Assembly (NCBI GenBank): GCA_964016885.1
Contig: OZ024741.1
Coordinates: forward strand, 408,828,001-408,892,000
Origin: Eledone cirrhosa
Taxonomy: Eukaryota
Length of the DNA: 64,000 nt
Direction: 5' to 3'
Part shown: piece after piece, positions 55,400 through 64,000 of the stretch
Layout: every line of letters begins with the position of its first letter
Numbering within the stretch: position 1 is the first letter of the stretch
Translations under genes and position numbers: made by a program
Notes under the pieces: generated by a model
Seen by the model: only the letters and a program-made list of their open reading frames with translations
The model's database searches: none
Told to the model about the DNA's origin: nothing

Positions 55400-57210
55400 T
55401 TAAAAGGAAGATTGTGTACCTATTTTAAAAGGAAGACTGTACCTATTTTAAAAGGAAGACTGTGTACCTATTTTAAAAGGGAGACTGTGTACCTATTTTA
55501 AAAGGAAGACTGTACCTATTTTAAAAGGAAGACAACCTATTTTAAAATAAGTCTGTGTACCTATTTTAAAAGGAAGACTGTACTTATTTGAAAAGGGAGA
55601 CTGTACCTATTTTAAAAGGGAGACTGTACCTATTTTAAAAGAAAGACTGTGTTTCCTATTTTAAAAGGAAGATTGTACCTATTTTAAAAGGAAGACTGTA
55701 CCTATTTTAAAAGGAAGACTGTGTACCTATTTTAAAAGGAAGACTGTACCTATTTTAAAAGGGAGACTGTGTACCTATTTTAAAACAAAGAATGTACCTA
55801 TTTTAAAAGGAAGACTGTACCTATTTTAAAAGGAAGACTGTACCTATTTTAAAAGGAAGACTGCGTACCTATTTTAAAAGGGAGACTGTACCTATTTAAA
55901 AAGGAACACTGTACCTATTTTAAAAGGAGGACTGTGTACCTATTTTAAAAGGGAGACTATGTACCTATCTTAAAAGGAAGACTGTACCTATTTTAAAAGG
56001 AAGACTGTGTACCTATTTTAAAAGGAAGACTGTACCTATTTTAAAAGGAAGACTACCTGTTTTAAAATAAGACTGTGTACCTATTTTAAAAGGGAGACTG
56101 TACATATTTTAAAAGGGAGACTGTACCTATTTTAAAAGGAAGACTGTGTACCTATTTTAAAAGGAAGACTGTGTACCTATTTTAAAAGGAAGACTGTACC
56201 TATTTTAAAAGGAAGACTGTACCTATTTTAAAAGGAAGACTGTGTACCTATTTTAAAAGGGAGACTCTACCTATTTTAAAAGGAAGACTGTACCTATTTT
56301 AAAAGGAAGAATGTGTACCTATTTTAAAAGCGAGACTGTACTTATTTTAAAAGGAACACTGTACCTATTTTAAAAGGAAGATTGTGTACCTATTTTAAAA
56401 GGAAGACTGTACCTATTTTAAAAGGAAGACTGTGTACCTATTTTAAAAGGGAGACTGTGTACCTATTTTAAAAGGAAGACTGTACCTATTTTAAAAGGAA
56501 GACAACCTATTTTAAAATAAGTCTGTGTACCTATTTTAAAAGGAAGACTGTACTTATTTGAAAAGGGAGACTGTACCTATTTTAAAAGGGAGACTGTACC
56601 TATTTTAAAAGAAAGACTGTGTTTCCTATTTTAAAAGGAAGATTGTACCTATTTTAAAAGGAAGACTGTACCTATTTTAAAAGGAAGACTGTGTACCTAT
56701 TTTAAAAGGAAGACTGTACCTATTTTAAAAGGGAGACTGTGTACCTATTTTAAAACAAAGAATGTACCTATTTTAAAAGGAAGACTGTACCTATTTTAAA
56801 AGGAAGACTGTACCTATTTTAAAAGGAAGACTGCGTACCTATTTTAAAAGGGAGACTGTACCTATTTAAAAAGGAACACTGTACCTATTTTAAAAGGAGG
56901 ACTGTGTACCTATTTTAAAAGGGAGACTATGTACCTATCTTAAAAGGAAGACTGTACCTATTTTAAAAGGAAGACTGTGTACCTATTTTAAAAGGAAGAC
57001 TGTACCTATTTTAAAAGGAAGACTACCTGTTTTAAAATAAGACTGTGTACCTATTTTAAAAGGGAGACTGTACATATTTTAAAAGGGAGACTGTACCTAT
57101 TTTAAAAGGAAGACTGTGTACCTATTTTAAAAGGAAGACTGTGTACCTATTTTAAAAGGAAGACTGTACCTATTTTAAAAGGAAGACTGTACCTATTTTA
57201 AAAGGAAGAC
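55400..57210 (+). repeat. Inherited copy of the 970-bp duplication, first sub-copy shortened by a 167-bp deletion
   Basis: CTTATTTG 55583/56553 (+970). The distance from CGTCTTTG to CTTATTTG is 332 here versus 499 in the neighbouring HOR copies. Confidence 0.88.
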
Positions 57211-60200
57211 TGCGTACCTATTTTAAAAGGGAGACTATGTACCTATTTTAAAAGGAAGTATGTACCTATTTTAAAAGGAAGACTGTGTACCTATTTTAAA
57301 AGGAAGATTGTACCTATTTTAAAAGGAAGACTGTACCTATTTAAAAAAAGACTGTGTACCTATTTTAAAAGGAAGACCGTGTACGTATTTTAAAAGGAAG
57401 ACTGTACCTATTTTAAAAAAGAGACTGTGTGCCTATTTTAAAAGGGAGACCGTGTACCTATTTTAAAAGGGAGACTGTACATATTTTAAAAGGAAGACTG
57501 TGTACCTATTTTATAAGGAAGAATGTACCTATTTTAAAAGGAAGACTGTGTACCTAATTTAAAAGGAAGACTGTGTACCTATTTTAAAAGGGAGAATGTG
57601 TACCTATTTCAAAAGGAAGACTGTACCTATTTTAAAAGGAAGACTGTGTACCTATTTTAAAAGGGAGACTGTACCTATTTTAAAAGGAAAACTGTACCTA
57701 TTTTAAAAGGAAGATTGTGTACCTATTTTAAAACAAAGACTGTACCTATTTTAAAAGGAAGACTGTGTACCTATTTTAAAAGGGAGACTGTACCTATTTT
57801 AAAAGGGAGACTGTGTACCTATTTTAAAACAAAGAATGTACCTATTTTAAAAGGAAGACTCTACCTATTTTAAAAGGAAGACTGTACCTATTTTAAAAGG
57901 AAGACTGCGTACCTATTTTAAAAGGGAGACTGTACCTATTTAAAAAGGAACACTGTACCTATTTTAAAAGGAGGACTGTGTACCTATTTTAAAAGGGAGA
58001 CTATGTACCTATCTTAAAAGGAAGACTGTACCTATTTTAAAAGGAAGACTGTGTACCTATTTTAAAAGGAAGACTGTACCTATTTTAAAAGGAAGACTAC
58101 CTATTTTAAAATAAGACTGTGTACCTATTTTAAAAGGGAGACTGTACCTATTTTAAAAGGAAGACTGTACCTATTTTAAAAGGAAGACTGCGTACCTATT
58201 TTAAAAGAGAGACTATGTACCTATTTTAAAAGGAAGAATGTACCTATTTTAAAAGGGAGACTGTGTACCTATTTTAAAAGGAAGACTGTGTACCTAATTT
58301 AAAAGGAAGACTGTGTACCTATTTTAAAAGGGAGAATGTGTACCCATTTTAAAAGGGAGACTGTGTACCTATTTTAAAAGAAAGACTGTACGTCTTTGAA
58401 AAGCGAGACTGTGTACCTATTTAAAAAAAAGACTGTATCTATTTTAAAAGGAAGACTGTACCTATTTAAAAAAAGGATTGTGTACCTATTTTAAAAGGAA
58501 GACTGTACCTATTTTAAAAGGAAGACTGTACGTATTTTAAAAGGAAGACTGTGTACCTACTTTAAAAGGAAGACTGTGTACCTATTTTAAAAGGGAGACT
58601 GTACCTATTTTAAAAGGAAGACTGTACCTATTTTAAAAGGAAGACTGTGTACCTATTTTAAAAGCGAGACTGTACTTATATTAAAAGGAACACTGTACCT
58701 ATTTTAAAAGGAAGATTGTGTACCTATTTTAAAAGGAAGACTGTGTACCTATTTTAAAAGGAAGACTGTACCTATTTTAAAAGGAAGACAACCTATTTTA
58801 AAATAAGTCTGTGTACCTATTTTAAAAGGAAGACTGTACCTATTTTAAAAGGGAGACTGTACCTATTTTAAAAGGGAGACTGTACCTATTTTAAAAGAAA
58901 GACTGTGTTTCCTATTTTAAAAGAAAGACTGTGTACCAATTTTAAAAGGGAGACTGTACCTATTTTAAAAGTAAGACTGTACCCATTTTAAAAGGAAGAC
59001 TGTGTACCTATTTTAAAAGGGAGACTCTACCTATTTTAAAAGGAAGACTGTGTACCTATTTTAAAAGGGAGACTGTACCTATTTTAAAAGGAAAACTGTA
59101 CCTATTTTAAAAGGAAGATTGTGTACCTATTTTAAAAGGAAGACTGTGTACCTATTTTAAAAGGAAGACTGTACCTATTTTAAAAGGAAGACTGTGTACC
59201 TATTTTAAAAGGAAGACTGTACCTATTTTAAAAGGGAGACAGTGTACCTATTTTAAAAGGAAGACTGTGTACCTATTTTAAAAGGAAGACTGTACCTATT
59301 TTAAAAGGAAGACTACCTATTTTAAAATAAGACTGTGTACCTATTTTAAAAGGAAGACTGTACCTATTTTAAAAGGGAGACTGTACATATTTTCAAAGGG
59401 AGACTGTACCTATTTTAAAAGGAAGACTGTGTACCTATTTTAAAAGGAAGACTGTGTACCTATTTTAAAAGGGAGACTGTACCTATTTTAAAAGTAAGAC
59501 TGTACCCATTTTAAAAGGAAGACTGTGTACCTATTTTAAAAGGGAGACTCTACCTATTTTAAAAGGAAGACTGTGTACCTATTTTAAAAGGAAGACTGTA
59601 CCTATTTTAAAAGGAAGACTGTGTACCTATTTTAAAAGGGAGACTATGTACCTATTTTAAAAGGAAGACTGTACCTATTTTAAAAGGAAGACTGTGTACC
59701 TATTTTAAAAGGAAGATTGTACCTATTTTAAAAGGAAGACTGTACCTATTTTAAAAGGAAGACTGTGTACCTATTTTAAAAGGAAGACTGTACCTATTTT
59801 AAAAGGGAGACTGTGTACCTATTTTAAAAGGAAGAATGTAGCTATTTTAAAAGGCAGACTGTACCTATTTTAAAAGGAAGACTGTACCTATTTTAAAAGG
59901 AAGACTGCGTACCTCTTTTAAAAGGGAGACTGTACCTATTTAAAAACGAACACTGTACCTATTTTAAAAGGAAGACTGTGTACCTATTTTAAAAGGGAGA
60001 CTATGTACCTATTTTAACTGGAAGACTGTGTACCTATTTTAAAAGGAAGATTGTACCTATTTTAAAAGGAAGATTGTACCTATTTAAAAAAAAAGACTGT
60101 GTACCTATTTTAAAAGGAAGACCGTGTACATATTTTAAAAGGAAGACTGTACCTATTTTAAAAAAGAGACTGTGTGCCTATTTTAAAAGGGAGACCGTGT

Positions 60201-63200
60201 ACCTATTTTAAAAGGGAGACTGTACATATTTTAAAAGGAAGACTGTGTACCTATTTTAAAAGGGAGAATGTGTACCTATTTTAAAAGGGAGACTGTGTAC
60301 CTATTTTAAAAGAAAGACTGTACGTCTTTGAAAAGCGAGACTGTGTAACTATTTAAAAAAAAAGACTGTATCTATTTTAAAAGGAAGACTGTACCTATTT
60401 AAAAAAAAAGGATTTTGTACCTATTTTAAAAGGAAGACTGTACCTATTTTAAAAGGAAGACTGTACCTATTTTAAAAGGAAGACTGTGTACCTATTTTAA
60501 AAGGAAGACTGTGTACCTATTTTAAAAGGGAGACTCTACCTATTTTAAAAGGAAGACTGTACCTATTTTAAAAGGAAGAATGTGTACCTATTTTAAAAGC
60601 GAGACTGTACTTATTTTAAAAGGAACACTGTACCTATTTTAAAAGGAAGATTGTGTACCTATTTTAAAAGGAAGACTGTACCTATTTTAAAAGGAAGACT
60701 GTGTACCTATTTTAAAAGGGAGACTGTGTACCTATTTTAAAAGGAAGACTGTACCTATTTTAAAAGGAAGACAACCTATTTTAAAATAAGTCTGTGTACC
60801 TATTTTAAAAGGAAGACTGTACTTATTTGAAAAGGGAGACTGTACCTATTTTAAAAGGGAGACTGTACCTATTTTAAAAGAAAGACTGTGTTTCCTATTT
60901 TAAAAGGAAGATTGTACCTATTTTAAAAGGAAGACTGTACCTATTTTAAAAGGAAGACTGTGTACCTATTTTAAAAGGAAGACTGTACCTATTTTAAAAG
61001 GGAGACTGTGTACCTATTTTAAAACAAAGAATGTACCTATTTTAAAAGGAAGACTGTACCTATTTTAAAAGGAAGACTGTACCTATTTTAAAAGGAAGAC
61101 TGCGTACCTATTTTAAAAGGGAGACTGTACCTATTTAAAAAGGAACACTGTACCTATTTTAAAAGGAGGACTGTGTACCTATTTTAAAAGGGAGACTATG
61201 TACCTATCTTAAAAGGAAGACTGTACCTATTTTAAAAGGAAGACTGTGTACCTATTTTAAAAGGAAGACTGTACCTATTTTAAAAGGAAGACTACCTGTT
61301 TTAAAATAAGACTGTGTACCTATTTTAAAAGGGAGACTGTACATATTTTAAAAGGGAGACTGTACCTATTTTAAAAGGAAGACTGTGTACCTATTTTAAA
61401 AGGAAGACTGTGTACCTATTTTAAAAGGAAGACTGTACCTATTTTAAAAGGAAGACTGTACCTATTTTAAAAGGAAGACTGCGTACCTATTTTAAAAGGG
61501 AGACTATGTACCTATTTTAAAAGGAAGTATGTACCTATTTTAAAAGGAAGACTGTGTACCTATTTTAAAAGGAAGATTGTACCTATTTTAAAAGGAAGAC
61601 TGTACCTATTTAAAAAAAGACTGTGTACCTATTTTAAAAGGAAGACCGTGTACGTATTTTAAAAGGAAGACTGTACCTATTTTAAAAAAGAGACTGTGTG
61701 CCTATTTTAAAAGGGAGACCGTGTACCTATTTTAAAAGGGAGACTGTACATATTTTAAAAGGAAGACTGTGTACCTATTTTATAAGGAAGAATGTACCTA
61801 TTTTAAAAGGAAGACTGTGTACCTAATTTAAAAGGAAGACTGTGTACCTATTTTAAAAGGGAGAATGTGTACCTATTTCAAAAGGAAGAATGTACCTATT
61901 TTAAAAGGAAGACTGTGTACCTATTTTAAAAGGGAGACTGTACCTATTTTAAAAGGAAAACTGTACCTATTTTAAAAGGAAGATTGTGTACCTATTTTAA
62001 AAGGAAGACTGTGTACCTATTTTAAAAGGAAGACTGTACCTATTTTAAAAGGAAGACTGTGTACCTATTTTAAAAGGAAGACTGTACCTATTTTAAAAGG
62101 GAGACAGTGTACCTATTTTAAAAGGAAGACTGTGTACCTATTTTAAAAGGAAGACTGTACCTATTTTAAAAGGAAGACTACCTATTTTAAAATAAGACTG
62201 TGTACCTATTTTAAAAGGAAGACTGTACCTATTTTAAAAGGGAGACTGTACATATTTTCAAAGGGAGACTGTACCTATTTTAAAAGGAAGACTGTGTACC
62301 TATTTTAAAAGGAAGACTGTGTACCTATTTTAAAAGGGAGACTGTACCTATTTTAAAAGTAAGACTGTACCCATTTTAAAAGGAAGACTGTGTACCTATT
62401 TTAAAAGGGAGACTCTACCTATTTTAAAAGGAAGACTGTGTACCTATTTTAAAAGGAAGACTGTACCTATTTTAAAAGGAAGACTGTGTACCTATTTTAA
62501 AAGGGAGACTATGTACCTATTTTAAAAGGAAGACTGTACCTATTTTAAAAGGAAGACTGTGTACCTATTTTAAAAGGAAGATTGTACCTATTTTAAAAGG
62601 AAGACTGTACCTATTTTAAAAGGAAGACTGTACCTATTTTAAAAGGAAGACTGCGTACCTCTTTTAAAAGGGAGACTGTACCTATTTAAAAACGAACACT
62701 GTACCTATTTTAAAAGGAAGACTGTGTACCTATTTTAAAAGGGAGACTATGTACCTATTTTAACTGGAAGACTGTGTACCTATTTTAAAAGGAAGATTGT
62801 ACCTATTTTAAAAGGAAGATTGTACCTATTTAAAAAAAAAGACTGTGTACCTATTTTAAAAGGAAGACCGTGTACATATTTTAAAAGGAAGACTGTACCT
62901 ATTTTAAAAAAGAGACTGTGTGCCTATTTTAAAAGGGAGACCGTGTACCTATTTTAAAAGGGAGACTGTACATATTTTAAAAGGAAGACTGTGTACCTAT
63001 TTTAAAAGGGAGAATGTGTACCTATTTTAAAAGGGAGACTGTGTACCTATTTTAAAAGAAAGACTGTACGTCTTTGAAAAGCGAGACTGTGTAACTATTT
63101 AAAAAAAAAGACTGTATCTATTTTAAAAGGAAGACTGTACCTATTTAAAAAAAAAGGATTTTGTACCTATTTTAAAAGGAAGACTGTACCTATTTTAAAA

Positions 63201-64000
63201 GGAAGACTGTACCTATTTTAAAAGGAAGACTGTGTACCTATTTTAAAAGGAAGACTGTGTACCTATTTTAAAAGGGAGACTCTACCTATTTTAAAAGGAA
63301 GACTGTACCTATTTTAAAAGGAAGAATGTGTACCTATTTTAAAAGCGAGACTGTACTTATTTTAAAAGGAACACTGTACCTATTTTAAAAGGAAGATTGT
63401 GTACCTATTTTAAAAGGAAGACTGTACCTATTTTAAAAGGAAGACTGTGTACCTATTTTAAAAGGGAGACTGTGTACCTATTTTAAAAGGAAGACTGTAC
63501 CTATTTTAAAAGGAAGACAACCTATTTTAAAATAAGTCTGTGTACCTATTTTAAAAGGAAGACTGTACTTATTTTAAAAGGGAGACTGTACCTATTTTAA
63601 AAGGAAGACTGTACCTATTTTAAAAGGAAGACTGTGTACCTATTTTAAAAGGAAGACTGTACCTATTTTAAAAGGGAGACTGTGTACCTATTTTAAAACA
63701 AAGAATGTACCTATTTTAAAAGGAAGACTGTACCTATTTTAAAAGGAAGACTGTACCTATTTTAAAAGGAAGACTGCGTACCTATTTTAAAAGGGAGACT
63801 GTACCTATTTAAAAAGGAACACTGTACCTATTTTAAAAGGAGGACTGTGTACCTATTTTAAAAGGGAGACTATGTACCTATCTTAAAAGGAAGACTGTAC
63901 CTATTTTAAAAGGAAGACTGTGTACCTATTTTAAAAGGAAGACTGTACCTATTTTAAAAGGAAGACTACCTGTTTTAAAATAAGACTGTGTACCTATTTT

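Larger units (their letters stand above)
1..64000 (+). repeat. Tandem satellite array of 23/25-bp (rarely 21/24-bp) monomers, consensus CCTATTTTAAAAGGRAGAC(TG)0-2TA; runs off both window ends
   Basis: Every line consists of head-to-tail copies of CCTATTTTAAAAGGAAGACTGTA (23 bp) or CCTATTTTAAAAGGAAGACTGTGTA (25 bp) with a common GGAAG/GGGAG dimorphism and scattered substitutions. No unique sequence was seen. About 2,700 monomers is estimated from 64000/~24. Confidence 0.99.
40690..64000 (+). repeat. Young higher-order repeat, base unit 4269 bp (about 179 monomers), with successive periods 6748, 5239, 5072, 4269 and a truncated last copy
   Basis: AGGCAGAC (C at 45275, 49544, 54783, 59855); AACTGG (45438, 49707, 54946, 60018, 62764); GAAGTATG (46948, 52187, 57259, 61528); CGTCTTTG (41332, 48080, 53319, 58391). 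Spacings decompose as 4269+2479, 4269+970, 4269+970-167 and 4269. Confidence 0.92.

Noticed and set aside
55380-55420. 167-bp deletion equal to chromatosome length
   Set aside because: Seven monomers of about 24 bp give about 167 bp automatically, and it is a single event, so it is not evidence for nucleosome-guided deletion.
1130-63160. Variation in A-run length (A7-A10) at the poly-A variant monomers as a biological signal
   Set aside because: Single-base homopolymer differences are the commonest sequencing or consensus error and cannot be trusted without reads.
1-64000. CRISPR array (23-25 bp partly palindromic repeat)
   Set aside because: Repeats are directly adjacent with no unique spacers, and there is no leader or cas gene.
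1-64000. Repetitive protein-coding ORF on either strand
   Set aside because: TTTTAAAA puts TAA on both strands in nearly every monomer (plus TAG on the minus strand), and mixed 21/23/24/25-bp lengths shift the frame continually, so there is no sign of frame preservation.
1-64000. Telomerase-synthesised long telomeric repeat (as in the 23-25 bp repeats of Candida or Kluyveromyces)
   Set aside because: Variants are inherited in multi-kb blocks, which indicates recombinational copying rather than templated addition. The array is far longer than such telomeres and lacks a clear G-rich strand. A recombination-maintained subtelomeric satellite is not excluded.
1-64000. Intrinsically curved, phased A-tract DNA
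   Set aside because: The tract is T4A4 with a central TpA step, which unlike A4T4 is known to give little macroscopic bending, and the period of about 24 bp is out of phase with the 10.5-bp helical repeat.
1-64000. Synthetic construct suggested by dense restriction sites (GAAGAC BbsI, GAGAC BsmAI, GAGACC BsaI, GTAC RsaI, TTTAAA DraI)
   Set aside because: The sites are incidental to the monomer. Nested, lineage-like mutations and duplications look naturally evolved, and there is no vector sequence.
1-64000. Plasmid iterons, terminators or TATA-like promoters
   Set aside because: There is no adjacent rep gene or transcription unit, and thousands of copies are incompatible with those roles.

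Overview
The whole 64 kb window is one uninterrupted, single-orientation, AT-rich (about 30% GC) tandem satellite array of roughly 2,700 monomers. The consensus is CCTATTTTAAAAGG(A/G)AGAC(TG)nTA with n=1 (23 bp), n=2 (25 bp) or rarely n=0 (21 bp). I found no genes, RNA genes, CRISPR spacers, transposon insertions or inversions. The information lies in the order of rare variant monomers. They define an old, rearranged cycle of about 2.1-2.25 kb, an older diverged duplication at about 13.2-13.7 kb offset in the left half, and near-identical nested duplications (450, 970, 1875, 2479, 2530, 6638/9168 bp). The right third is a young higher-order repeat (HOR) with a 4269-bp base unit. Stepwise-derived variants (AAAAGG>AAATGG>AACTGG) give the array an old-left to young-right polarity. 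It is most plausibly eukaryotic centromeric, pericentromeric or subtelomeric satellite DNA, but the organism and function cannot be established from the sequence. All offsets were read by hand from marker positions, and block boundaries are approximate (within a few monomers).
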